Below are positions 55,269 to 64,000 of a stretch of DNA of 64,000 nucleotides, piece after piece; positions within the stretch are counted from its first letter, which is position 1, and each line of letters starts with the position of its first letter. The notes beneath the pieces are model-generated. The model saw only the letters and a list, made by a program, of their open reading frames with translations, made no database searches and was not told the origin of the DNA. Origin of the DNA: a virus (taxonomy: Duplodnaviria; Heunggongvirae; Uroviricota; Caudoviricetes); the IMG/VR virus record IMGVR_UViG_3300006467_000563, positions 4,337-68,336 of that record; one strand, written 5' to 3'. The translations under genes and the position numbers were made by a program.

Positions 55269-55676
55269 ATGGACAGCTTTGAAACAAACTTTACGATTAT
55301 GCCAAAAGATGCAAACTATATGTATCCAATGGTATTCGGCGGAGCACTTTATTCCGAAATGGATTTATGTGCAGCAAAATGTGTTGATTTGTTTCTAATT
55401 CCATCTGAATGTCAGGCTGCTGTAACTCATAAGTCAAAAGTTGAGTTTATGAAGCCTACATACGTTGGTGATACAATTCACTTGTATGCTAATGTTGTGA
55501 GTACAGGTAAAAAATCAGTAGTAGTTTTTGTTTCAGCTCATAGAAATCGCAGAGGTGAAACGGGGCAAGAAAAAGTAGCAGATGGTGAATTTATTTTTGT
55601 GTCAATCGAAAATACTGACGATGTACAAAATAAGCCAGACCTACTTCCATATAAAGAACATGGATTAAATTTGTGA
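55269..55676 (+). CDS. hotdog-fold acyl-CoA thioesterase-like protein
   Basis: Length and hydrophobic-core pattern consistent with YciA/4HBT-type thioesterases; moderate. Confidence 0.5.
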   Translation: MDSFETNFTIMPKDANYMYPMVFGGALYSEMDLCAAKCVDLFLIPSECQAAVTHKSKVEFMKPTYVGDTIHLYANVVSTGKKSVVVFVSAHRNRRGETGQEKVADGEFIFVSIENTDDVQNKPDLLPYKEHGLNL

Positions 55677-55766
55677 CTTTTTTTTGGATTTTTCATGTTT
55701 TTATCTTTACTTTTTGGTCTTTCAATACTATTATCTATTGTAACAACACTTTTTAAAAAATAACAT

Positions 55767-55837
55767 GCCGTATTCGTCTATCGGGAGGATACTTGGTTCT
55801 CAGCCAAGAGAGAGGGGTTCGATTCCCCTATACGGTA
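55767..55837 (+). tRNA. tRNA-Glu (CTC)
   Basis: Glu-type D-arm TC-GTCT-ATCGGGA-GGAT, perfect anticodon arm CTTGG-TTCTCAG-CCAAG, T-arm AGGGG-TTCGATT-CCCCT. Confidence 0.7.
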
Positions 55838-55918
55838 CTTAGGGTAGAGAAGTAGAACTCTTATAAATGATAAGCAGGCGACCTGAAATCGCCGTTCAGC
55901 CTAATCGTCCTAAAACAC

Positions 55919-55991
55919 GCCGCATTCGTCTACTGGATAGGACACGTAGGTTTTCAACCTATGGACACGGGTTCGAATCCCGTATGCGGTA
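55919..55991 (+). tRNA. tRNA-Glu (TTC)
   Basis: TC-GTCT-ACTGGATA-GGAC D-arm, anticodon arm GTAGG-TTTTCAA-CCTAT, T-arm ACGGG-TTCGAAT-CCCGT. Confidence 0.75.
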
Positions 55992-56072
55992 CTTTATAGG
56001 ATGTTCGTCTAAGCGGGCTATAAACAAGGTAGCAGTGTTAAAAATATAACATGATTTGCTCCAATCCTACAT

Positions 56073-56145
56073 GGGGTTATAGCTCAAGTGGCAGAGCACC
56101 CGTCTCTTAAACGGGAGCGTGTGGGTTCGAGTACCACTAGCCCTA
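56073..56145 (+). tRNA. tRNA-Lys (CTT)
   Basis: GGGGTTA-TA-GCTC-AAGTGGCA-GAGC-A-CCCGT-CTCTTAA-ACGGG ...; same acceptor as tRNA-Arg(TCT). Confidence 0.8.
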
Positions 56146-56151
56146 CTTTTT

Positions 56152-56229
56152 AACTACGGAACTTAATATCAGCGGCTGGTAGCCGGACTGCAAATCTGGT
56201 AGTAAGCAGTTCGACTCTGCCTGTAGTTT
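56152..56229 (+). tRNA. tRNA-Cys (GCA), atypical D region
   Basis: Perfect acceptor AACTACG/TGTAGTT, anticodon arm CCGGA-CTGCAAA-TCTGG, T-loop TTCGACT; D region too long and irregular. Confidence 0.5.
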
Positions 56230-56240
56230 TTGAGGATTAT

Positions 56241-56447
56241 ATGAGGAAATTCATTAAAGAGGGAACATTCTGGGAAGATGGGGATGGGCTATTGTACAAA
56301 GTGATTTGTATAGCAAACTTCGATAATAAATCTCCCAATTTCCCAGAAACTGTTGTATATGAATCTTTTCCCAAAAATGAAGATTACACATATGCTAATA
56401 AAATTGATTACTTTTTAGAAAATATGCAACAAATTATTTGGGAATAA
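56241..56447 (+). CDS. small hypothetical protein
   Basis: 68 aa. Confidence 0.3.
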   Translation: MRKFIKEGTFWEDGDGLLYKVICIANFDNKSPNFPETVVYESFPKNEDYTYANKIDYFLENMQQIIWE

Positions 56448-56686
56448 GTTTGAAATCTCGCAAAGAAAAAAATATTATCGTTGAAGCAAAATTTAATGTT
56501 CCAACAGATAGTACACTCTACTACATATTCAAACGAGCAAATATGCTAGGGTGGAGAACATATAAAAGATACGCGAATCTAAGTGCAGCAGAAGAAGCAA
56601 TCAAAACGTTAAACAAAAATGGTTCAACTGCTCACCAAGAATTTCGCATAAAACAGTCGTGAGGTAGGACTTTAAACACCTCTCAT

Positions 56687-56760
56687 GGTCATGAAGCTCA
56701 GAAGGGAGTAGCATCCGGTTGTCAACCGGAAGGTTGCGGGTTCGACCCCCGTGATGACCG
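56687..56760 (+). tRNA. tRNA-Asp (GTC)
   Basis: Perfect anticodon arm TCCGG-TTGTCAA-CCGGA, T-arm GCGGG-TTCGACC-CCCGT, acceptor GGTCATG/GATGACC. Confidence 0.75.
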
Positions 56761-56920
56761 CTTGCAATTCGGCAGTGCTCGTTCGTCGCTGTACAGGACA
56801 ACCTTGCATGGGTTCTGGTAACGGAGGTACGTAACGAACTTACCGGGGCACTATGTAGCAAACCTAGCTGTAATTGCAAAGCCCGGCTTTCGACGTAACA
56901 TTCCGAAAGTCGGGTTACAT

Positions 56921-56992
56921 AGCTCTATAGTGTAATTGGCAACACAGGTGGTTTTGAGCCATCTATTCTAGGTTCGAGTCCTAGTGGGGCTA
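56921..56992 (+). tRNA. tRNA-Gln (TTG)
   Basis: D-arm GTGT-AATTGGCA-ACAC, anticodon arm GGTGG-TTTTGAG-CCATC, perfect T-arm CTAGG-TTCGAGT-CCTAG. Confidence 0.75.
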
Positions 56993-57261
56993 CTTTCTAT
57001 GTGTAATGAGCACCAGAATTAAAAAAAGTACTCGCAGAGACCATTATTGTGAAATCTGGGACACGGTCAGGGCTGCGGTTTCGCTCATTTGACGACGAGT
57101 CGGTAAAACGTTGACTTCTGGGAACAGACCAGTTCACGCCGGAACCTTCAGGTAAGTACGTTGTGGTCAATTTTAATACGTTGGGGACTGCCCATCTAAA
57201 GCGTTGACTGCTAATTTCGAAAACGTATGGCAGATGAGATGGTTATCGCACATGGGTTACA

Positions 57262-57298
57262 TCAACTCTGGTTGGTTCGATTCCAACATCCGGCACTT
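57262..57298 (+). other. orphan tRNA 3' half at the end of a 430-nt noncoding region
   Basis: GTTGG-TTCGATT-CCAAC-ATCCGGC-A; only a 6/7 complementary GCCGGAA lies 120 nt upstream. Confidence 0.3.
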
Positions 57299-57452
57299 CT
57301 TTTTGTGTTAGCAACAACTGGAATCGGATACTAGACTCCGACGTTAAACTAAAAATGGAGATTCCCAGCAGTGGGTACGCGAAGCCTTCAATGGTAATGG
57401 CTAACACTTCTCTTTTCTTATGCTAGGATGGCTTCCAATCTATGAGGTTCTT

Positions 57453-59717
57453 ATGAGTAAAATTTTCACTTTAATTCTCGCCCTATCTTTCTTTCCTGCC
57501 AGCCTATTCGCAGATATCAATTACAGTTCAATTTGTAAAGTAGTGGCAAGTACGTCTGATAGAACTCAAGGCGGTACTGGATTTATCTACAATGAAGACA
57601 AAGACAATTACTATGTTATGACTAATGGTCATGTCGTAGAAGGTATGTCAAATACCTACATTTCATTTTATAAGGATAGTTACGTAAGTAATCTTATCCC
57701 AACAAAAGTCGTAGCGAAGCAATTCCAGCCAAACACAACAAAAGATATTGCTGTTCTGCTACTTGACAAAGAAAAAGCTCCATTTAAGGTTACACCGTTG
57801 AAATTATACGATGTCGCTCAAGGTGGAGCTTTAAAAGTTGGGGACAAGGTTATTGGAGCTGGATATCCAGATGGATACTGGCTACAAGAATGGCAGTCAA
57901 GACTCTCACAACGTAAGATTCAAAATGTCCCAAGTCTAACTACATTAACAATGGGACCTGTTGGTGGACAAAGTGGTTCACCAGTCATGGTCGAAATTGA
58001 TGGTGAAAACTATGTTGTCGGCATGGTAACATTCAGATTTGGTGCAGGTATCAAACCTACTGAGTCATTCGGAGGATACATTAACATTGATTATATTAAG
58101 TCTGTGCTGAATAACACATCAACAAGAATTGATGTAATGCCAGCAAAGGTTGAGTATCACATTAATCCAGAAATTAGACGTGCTGATTCTTATATCCAAA
58201 CCGTATCTACACAACAAAATGTACAATATTACGTTTGGGTAAATCAAAGAAATCAAGTAGTAGACTATTATATCTTACCAAATGGTGAGAAGATGCCAAA
58301 ATTCTACACTGAAGCTGAATTTGGTCAGGCTAAACTGCGTCCCGGCGACTCTTTTTTCCCTGCTGAACAACATCCAGTATGTCGTGATGGTAAATTCAAG
58401 AGATGGCTACGCCAATTTGGGAACAAATTTCCTACTATTGAGATGCATCCACCAAAAGAACCATTCATCAACAAAGACCTTCCACCATTCAATAACGTTC
58501 AACCTAAAGATGAGAAGTTGAATTTATGGCCTGAAGGGTCCCCGTTTGATAAAAAGAATAAGCCTGAAGCCAAGGATGGCGATAAGGCTGCTAATAATGA
58601 CGTCGAGAAGGCCCCACAGAAGCCAGTAGAGGCCCCTAAACCAGACCCAAGGATTGCAGAGCTGGAGGCGAAGTTAAAGCACGCACAGGACGAGCAGAAG
58701 CGTCTAAAGGATGATACGTTATCTGCTCAGAGAAAAGTGTGGGAGAAAAAAGAAGCAGAGCTATTAGCTCAGATTGAGGCAGAGAAAAAAAGACAAGCTG
58801 AAAAACCAGCCCCGTCTAAGCCTAAGAGTCCCGGTTTGTTTGCTAGACTGTTCAATAAGGTAAGCGATATTAGTAGTAACGCTATCGGTGGAATAGCAGG
58901 CATGTTAGGTTTTTCTCAAGAAGGGGTAATCTTATCGTTAATTGGCCTTGTAGGACCATTATTAATCCCCGGAGTCAGACAATTCGCTATTGCAAAAGGT
59001 ATCAGTCCAGCATTAATCAAAGGTGCTGAATATGCTGTACGTTTTGGAAAGTATCTAGTCTCTAAAAAAAACGATAAAGTAGCCAGCAAACCATCTGTAA
59101 TGGATGATGATGTTTTGTGGGCACCATTTGAGCCAGATGATATCCCTGTAGAGGAAGATTCTGTCCCAGTACCAGTGACTACGGTTGTAGTAGAAGAAAA
59201 TTCTGAAAAAAATGAAGAAAAAGAACAAAATAGTTCGGAATCTCAGCCAGAAGAAAACTATAATCAGACAGAGTTTAACAAAACTGTAGAAGAATTGCAA
59301 GACTCAAAGGTCACTGTTCCTCAAAGTATCAAAGATTATATTGATTTGAGGGTTACTCATGGTGAAAAACTGCAAGAGATGGTGTTAATTGGCCATCTGT
59401 ATGAAGAAGCGGTTACCAGACTGGGAAAAGGTGAGCTGACAGACACAAATGGTGGACCATTAGTCAGCCACAAAAGCATCCACAACGCTATTTCTAGATG
59501 GGTGCGTGACGAGTACATCAAGAAAATACCATATCAAACTTCTCTAAGTGCTGATGCTACAAGTTACTTAACCGCATATCGCGGATGGCTATACCAGCAA
59601 GCCGTACAGTTGCTGGAAAATGGAGAGTTCAACGTACTCAACCACGCTACTGCAGCACGAGTAATTCAGGAGTGGGTGCAAAACGAGTACTATAAGAAGA
59701 TTACTAGACATATTTAG
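57453..59717 (+). CDS. secreted trypsin-like (S1/chymotrypsin-fold) serine protease with coiled-coil and C-terminal TM/anchor regions
   Basis: Signal peptide; TNGHVVEG (His), and GGQSGSPV (Ser) catalytic motifs; KE-rich coiled coil; hydrophobic GGIAGMLGF...LIGLVGPLLIPG segment. Start at the second ATG with GAGG RBS. Confidence 0.65.
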   Translation: MSKIFTLILALSFFPASLFADINYSSICKVVASTSDRTQGGTGFIYNEDKDNYYVMTNGHVVEGMSNTYISFYKDSYVSNLIPTKVVAKQFQPNTTKDIAVLLLDKEKAPFKVTPLKLYDVAQGGALKVGDKVIGAGYPDGYWLQEWQSRLSQRKIQNVPSLTTLTMGPVGGQSGSPVMVEIDGENYVVGMVTFRFGAGIKPTESFGGYINIDYIKSVLNNTSTRIDVMPAKVEYHINPEIRRADSYIQTVSTQQNVQYYVWVNQRNQVVDYYILPNGEKMPKFYTEAEFGQAKLRPGDSFFPAEQHPVCRDGKFKRWLRQFGNKFPTIEMHPPKEPFINKDLPPFNNVQPKDEKLNLWPEGSPFDKKNKPEAKDGDKAANNDVEKAPQKPVEAPKPDPRIAELEAKLKHAQDEQKRLKDDTLSAQRKVWEKKEAELLAQIEAEKKRQAEKPAPSKPKSPGLFARLFNKVSDISSNAIGGIAGMLGFSQEGVILSLIGLVGPLLIPGVRQFAIAKGISPALIKGAEYAVRFGKYLVSKKNDKVASKPSVMDDDVLWAPFEPDDIPVEEDSVPVPVTTVVVEENSEKNEEKEQNSSESQPEENYNQTEFNKTVEELQDSKVTVPQSIKDYIDLRVTHGEKLQEMVLIGHLYEEAVTRLGKGELTDTNGGPLVSHKSIHNAISRWVRDEYIKKIPYQTSLSADATSYLTAYRGWLYQQAVQLLENGEFNVLNHATAARVIQEWVQNEYYKKITRHI

Positions 59718-59726
59718 GAGTAATTC

Positions 59727-60365
59727 ATGCCTAACACATTTCGCGGGTATCAACCCGAAACAAACAATCGTGGAATTTACGCTCTTTGCGAAGAGATTAT
59801 TAACCTCCGTAAGCAATTAACTGTTCGTGATGAGATTAAGTCACACAGTGGATGGAGTGATTCTCTGAATCACTTCATGATTGGGCGTCTTGAGCGTATC
59901 GCTGACACACTGGAGAGTGTAACTTACATGCCAGCACCTAAGACTCAAGAAGAACTTGAGGCAGACGCTGCTGACACAACACGTACACTTCTAGAAGACT
60001 ATGACGTCTACTCAGTGAATACTGATAACGTTCTACTTCCTGCAGGTCGTTCAATTCCTTTCCGTTGGCAACTTGACGGTAGTGACCCGGACATTCCTCA
60101 GTTAACTACTGCGAACTGTCCTAATGACTGGATGTTCAATTTCATTACTGACTTGGACTCCATCTTCACAGACATCACTCGTCTGGATTCACGTTCACAA
60201 TCCAGCACAATCACAAAGTATGAGTCTGTAATGATTCGTGCTAGACTGAATGAGCTGATTGCAATCACACAGCGTAAAGGTGGAGAGGTTAACCGGAATG
60301 ACGTACCTACTGGTACTCTTCCTTCACAGGAACCCGGAACACTCGAAGACACGCCACAGGCGTAA
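59727..60365 (+). CDS. hypothetical protein
   Basis: 212 aa; GGAGTAATTCATG RBS. Confidence 0.5.
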   Translation: MPNTFRGYQPETNNRGIYALCEEIINLRKQLTVRDEIKSHSGWSDSLNHFMIGRLERIADTLESVTYMPAPKTQEELEADAADTTRTLLEDYDVYSVNTDNVLLPAGRSIPFRWQLDGSDPDIPQLTTANCPNDWMFNFITDLDSIFTDITRLDSRSQSSTITKYESVMIRARLNELIAITQRKGGEVNRNDVPTGTLPSQEPGTLEDTPQA

Positions 60366-60381
60366 TAGTCGTTTGACTAAC

Positions 60382-60416
60382 AACCCGTTATACTTAAAAC
60401 CTATAACGGGTTTTTT
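60382..60416 (+). terminator. rho-independent terminator
   Basis: AACCCGTTATA-CTTAAAACC-TATAACGGGTT hairpin followed by TTTTTT. Confidence 0.8.
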
Positions 60417-60428
60417 AATCACTAATAG

Positions 60429-60620
60429 GTGAATATGCATACTGAAATATGTAAATTTTGTTCGTCTGTGAATTACATTTATGATGTACCAACAGATGGT
60501 TTTTTGTGTTGGAACTGTAATCATGGTAACTTGTCTTTTGATTTGGAATTAGAAGTAGGAGTTTACCATCTCAGTCCAATATTGTCGATTGGACAATCGT
60601 GTCCAGAGTTAGAGGAGTAG
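60429..60620 (+). CDS. small zinc-ribbon protein
   Basis: CKFC...CWNC. Confidence 0.4.
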   Translation: MNMHTEICKFCSSVNYIYDVPTDGFLCWNCNHGNLSFDLELEVGVYHLSPILSIGQSCPELEE

Positions 60621-60627
60621 GTAAGTA

Positions 60628-61029
60628 ATGAGTTATTGTAAGGTTCAAATGATTGGTAATCTGACTAGAGACCCGGAAGTTAAACAGGTCGGCAGTGGAA
60701 CATCAGTAGCAAATGTAGGTTTGGCAACAAACAAGCGAATCAAGAGTGGTGATAATTACACCGAGAAGGTGTCTTTCCATGATTTGGTTCTTTGGGGCAA
60801 GCAAGCAGAAATTTTTTGTAAGTATCTGTCTAAGGGTAGTCAGGTCTTCATTGATGGAGAGCTGGAATATGATGAGTGGGAAGACAAGGAAAGTGGAAAG
60901 AATCGGCGTAAAGCTGTAATCCGTGTAAATGAATTCAAGATGCTTGGAGGCAAGAACTCTAGCTCTGATAATTCTCAACCAAGTGCTCCTGCTAACACAG
61001 ATATTCCAGATGACGATGTTCCATTCTAA
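60628..61029 (+). CDS. ssb: single-stranded DNA-binding protein (bacterial OB-fold SSB)
   Basis: N-terminal OB-fold pattern (KVQMIGNLTRDPE..., W/F residues) and C-terminal acidic tail ending DDDVPF. Confidence 0.8.
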   Translation: MSYCKVQMIGNLTRDPEVKQVGSGTSVANVGLATNKRIKSGDNYTEKVSFHDLVLWGKQAEIFCKYLSKGSQVFIDGELEYDEWEDKESGKNRRKAVIRVNEFKMLGGKNSSSDNSQPSAPANTDIPDDDVPF

Positions 61030-61041
61030 TAGGAGATTCTA

Positions 61042-61572
61042 ATGATGTATTACAACTGTCAATTTTGTGGTACACCAACGGAATCAGAACAAAATAGCGA
61101 TTTAGAGGCGAGGACGTGCAAAGCATGTTCTCGCTATCTTTCTCTAGCAAACCTCTCGCCAGAGAGAAAAAGCCCATATGTCAAAGTAGTTGAAAAAACT
61201 TGGGGACAAGAGAGATGGATTGCTAATTCGCCAATGTATTGTAGCAAATTTCTTGATGTTAAATATGGACATGGAACTAGTATCCATCACCATGAAAAGA
61301 AGTTTGAAACGATGGTTGTGATTTCTGGTGGATTTAGAATCATGATAGAGAACGATTTCGTTTTCATGTATGAGGGAGACATTTTAAATATTTCTCCATA
61401 TCAAATTCACAAAATAGATGCACTTACACCAGAACTGTCCTCTTTTAGCGATTACGCTATTATGCTTGAAATTTCTACTCAACATTTCGACGATGATTCA
61501 ATTAGACATGGCACAGATTTGGAAAAATATTTAGACGAATTAATGAAGGAAGAAGATGGACCAGAAAATTAA
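61042..61572 (+). CDS. cupin-fold protein with N-terminal zinc ribbon
   Basis: CQFCG...CKAC followed by a cupin-like GG...H.H.E...H core; weak. Confidence 0.4.
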   Translation: MMYYNCQFCGTPTESEQNSDLEARTCKACSRYLSLANLSPERKSPYVKVVEKTWGQERWIANSPMYCSKFLDVKYGHGTSIHHHEKKFETMVVISGGFRIMIENDFVFMYEGDILNISPYQIHKIDALTPELSSFSDYAIMLEISTQHFDDDSIRHGTDLEKYLDELMKEEDGPEN

Positions 61573-62059
61573 AAACTTAATTGATACTGGGATGCAGAGA
61601 AATATTTGTGTATATGACGCTGATGCATGTTCTGGTGAGATAACAGACAGACTTATTTCTATTGCTAAATCTCTGTTTGTTTGCAATGATTTTAATGGCA
61701 ATAAATACGAACCGGCAAAGTTGTATTTAGGGTATGGGGCAGTAGGTCAACTCGAAAATCGAATTCTTTATTGTCAAGAAAAAATGATGAACGAACTTCT
61801 AGAACAGTCTTATATTACCAAAGGTATTTATAATGATTTCTTTGCAGACAGTGAGAGAAGATTTGAGGAAATAAAAGGTAAGTTAGTTTCATACTATGGT
61901 TTAGAGTTGGTAGTAGTTGATGGTTTTGATGAAATGGACTCGTATCCAATATGGAACAATTATCTTAACGAATGTAATTTTGATTTTGGTGGACACGATG
62001 TTAGCTTAATTATGTTAACAGACTCGAATGATGAAGTACCATTGTTAGGTACTTATTAA
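61556..62059 (+). CDS. hypothetical protein
   Basis: 167 aa. Confidence 0.45.
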   Translation: MDQKIKNLIDTGMQRNICVYDADACSGEITDRLISIAKSLFVCNDFNGNKYEPAKLYLGYGAVGQLENRILYCQEKMMNELLEQSYITKGIYNDFFADSERRFEEIKGKLVSYYGLELVVVDGFDEMDSYPIWNNYLNECNFDFGGHDVSLIMLTDSNDEVPLLGTY

Positions 62060-62129
62060 GATATATACGATGGAAATAGGATGGCTCGTTTGGATTTACG
62101 ACAACCACTTTATTAATAGATAGGCAACG

Positions 62130-64000
62130 ATGCAAGTTACAAAGAGAAACGGAGAACTGGTAGATTATGACGTACAAAAAATTCACAAAATCCTTTCATG
62201 GGCCACTGATGGGATAAAAAACGTTTCTATCAGCGAGATTGAGATGCACGCGGAACTCAATCTTGAAGATGGAATGAAGACAAGACAAATCCACAAAGTA
62301 TTAACCGATTCTGCTATCGGATTGGCAACAGCAGACACACCAGAATATGAGGACGTGGCTTCTCGGTTGCTACTCTATTCACTACGTAAGGACGTATGGG
62401 GCGAATCAGAACCCCCTCGTCTTTATGAACATATCAAAACAACAATCAAAAAAGGTATTTATCAACCAGAAATTTTGGAATGGTATACTGAGTCTGAAAT
62501 TCACAAACTAGGCAAGTATATCAAACATAACCGCGACGAAACACTAAGTCATTCTGGTCTAACTCAACTCATCGATAAATACCTCTTAGCAAATAGAATC
62601 ACAGGTGAAGTCTACGAGACACCACAATTTGTTTATATGCTTCTTGCTATGTGTACCTTCCATCGGTATGACAAGAAGACACGCTTAAAGTACGTAAAGG
62701 GTTATTACGATAAGATTAGTCAATTCAAGATTAATATTCCAACGCCTGAGATGTGCGGACTACGTGCGGGCAATCAATTTGCATCTTGCGTGCTAGTTGA
62801 CTGTGATGACACAATGGATTCTTATGGGGCATCTGTATTAGCTGTTGGCAAATATACATCTAAATCTGCTGGTATTGGCTTGAATTTAGGTAGAGTAAGA
62901 CCAATTGGTGCACCAGTTGATGGTGGAAGAGTTGTACATACTGGTGTTATCCCATTCCTCAAGACTTTTGAGAGTATGGTTAAAAGTGTATCTCAGTCAT
63001 CACGTGGTGGTGGAGCTACCGTCAACTTCCCATTCTGGCATTTAGAAGCAGAATCGATTATGAAGTTGAAACAGAATACAGAGGTAGATGAGAAGAGCGT
63101 TCGTAAACTGGACTACGTCATCCAGTATAGTCGTATCTTCTATGAAAGACTGCTGGCAGGAAAAAAGGTCACCCTATTCTGTCCTAAAGAATGTGCCGAC
63201 CTATACGATGCATTTGGTACTCCAGAGTTTGATGAGTTATATGAGAAGTACGAAAAAAGGAACGTGCGTAAGAAGCGTGTGTATGCTCATGACTTGTTTG
63301 GTATTCATGTAAAAGAGTATCTGGAAACAGGTCGTATCTACGTTATGAATATTGACCATGCTAATATGTGTGGTTCGTGGGATTACGAGCAGGCTAAGGT
63401 TATCATGACAAACCTTTGCACAGAGATTATGCATCCCACTATTCCGATTAAACATCCGTATGATGAAAACGGTAGAATTGGTGTATGTCTTCTTCTTGCC
63501 ATCAATATGCCGAGAATTAAAGACGAGCAAGACCTTGAAGAATGCTGTGATTACAGCGTGCGTGCTAAAAATGAGCTGATTGATATTCAGTCATATCCAT
63601 TCCCTGCTGCTGAAAGGTTCTGTAAGGACTATAGAAGTCTTGGTATCGGCTTAACTAATCTGGCTGGATATTTAGCCAAGAACAAGATTATGTATGATAG
63701 CAAAGAGGCTCTAGAAGCTGTTGACGAGTTTATGGAAAAGATGCAGTACTACCTATTGAAAGCATCTTGTAATTTGGCAAAAGAAAGAGGGCCATGTAAA
63801 GATTTCGATAAGACTAAATATGCTAAAGGTATGCTACCTATTGACTGGATGCACCCGAAGGCTGTTGACCTAATTGAGCGTAAGCCAAGTATGGACTGGG
63901 AATCAATGCGTGCTGCGATTGCCGAACATGGGCTTTATAACTGTACACTCACAGCTATGATGCCGTGCGAAAGCAGTTCTGTTATTCAAAACGCTACGAA
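62130..64000 (+). CDS. nrdA: ribonucleoside-diphosphate reductase alpha subunit NrdA (class I), 3'-truncated by the window end
   Basis: ATG at 62130 opens a frame that runs unbroken to the window end. N-terminal ATP-cone (VTKRNGELVDYDVQKI) is followed by canonical class I RNR blocks, including the catalytic-site NLCTEI motif. Confidence 0.85.
   Translation, partial: MQVTKRNGELVDYDVQKIHKILSWATDGIKNVSISEIEMHAELNLEDGMKTRQIHKVLTDSAIGLATADTPEYEDVASRLLLYSLRKDVWGESEPPRLYEHIKTTIKKGIYQPEILEWYTESEIHKLGKYIKHNRDETLSHSGLTQLIDKYLLANRITGEVYETPQFVYMLLAMCTFHRYDKKTRLKYVKGYYDKISQFKINIPTPEMCGLRAGNQFASCVLVDCDDTMDSYGASVLAVGKYTSKSAGIGLNLGRVRPIGAPVDGGRVVHTGVIPFLKTFESMVKSVSQSSRGGGATVNFPFWHLEAESIMKLKQNTEVDEKSVRKLDYVIQYSRIFYERLLAGKKVTLFCPKECADLYDAFGTPEFDELYEKYEKRNVRKKRVYAHDLFGIHVKEYLETGRIYVMNIDHANMCGSWDYEQAKVIMTNLCTEIMHPTIPIKHPYDENGRIGVCLLLAINMPRIKDEQDLEECCDYSVRAKNELIDIQSYPFPAAERFCKDYRSLGIGLTNLAGYLAKNKIMYDSKEALEAVDEFMEKMQYYLLKASCNLAKERGPCKDFDKTKYAKGMLPIDWMHPKAVDLIERKPSMDWESMRAAIAEHGLYNCTLTAMMPCESSSVIQNAT

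Noticed and set aside
57138-57298. tmRNA hypothesis for the noncoding region with a tRNA-like 3' end
   Set aside because: Only about 160 nt between candidate 5' and 3' acceptor strands. There is no tag-peptide reading frame ending in a stop and no pseudoknot-rich body. The acceptor pairs 6/7 only.
1-64000. Integrase, transposase, IS elements or prophage att sites
   Set aside because: No recombinase-like ORF and no terminal inverted repeats were seen. The mobile elements present are HNH homing endonuclease genes only.

Overview
The window looks like part of a large virulent dsDNA phage genome with about 38% GC. This is read from the gene content; no similarity search was run. Nearly all genes are on the + strand, tightly packed and often overlapping by ATGA or TAATG. 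Recognisable products include an NAD-dependent epimerase, an HD-domain (p)ppGpp-hydrolase-like protein and an RNA repair pair (Rnl2-type RNA ligase and RtcB). There is a secreted SNase-type nuclease, a macro-domain protein, a BCS1-like AAA ATPase, ThyX, an NDT-fold protein, and a glycan-modification island with GT2, GT4, radical SAM, methyltransferases, ATP-grasp, vWA, thioredoxin and an SPFH lipoprotein. Further along are a bacterial-type SSB ending DDDVPF and the start of class I RNR NrdA, which runs off the 3' end of the window. Positions 43.9 to 57.3 kb hold a cluster of about 30 tRNA or tRNA-like genes interleaved with three HNH homing-endonuclease genes and small accessory enzymes. Within that cluster the notable items are an amber-suppressor tRNA (anticodon CTA), two loci that look like circularly permuted or split tRNA genes, and three orphan tRNA 3' halves. 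Elsewhere there is a roughly ten-member family of small membrane proteins with a FWPIG-like motif, each placed directly upstream of an enzyme gene, and a three-copy protein family with Cys-rich acidic tails. All tRNA folds were done by eye, so coordinates may be off by 1 to 2 nt and the atypical ones need covariance-model checking.
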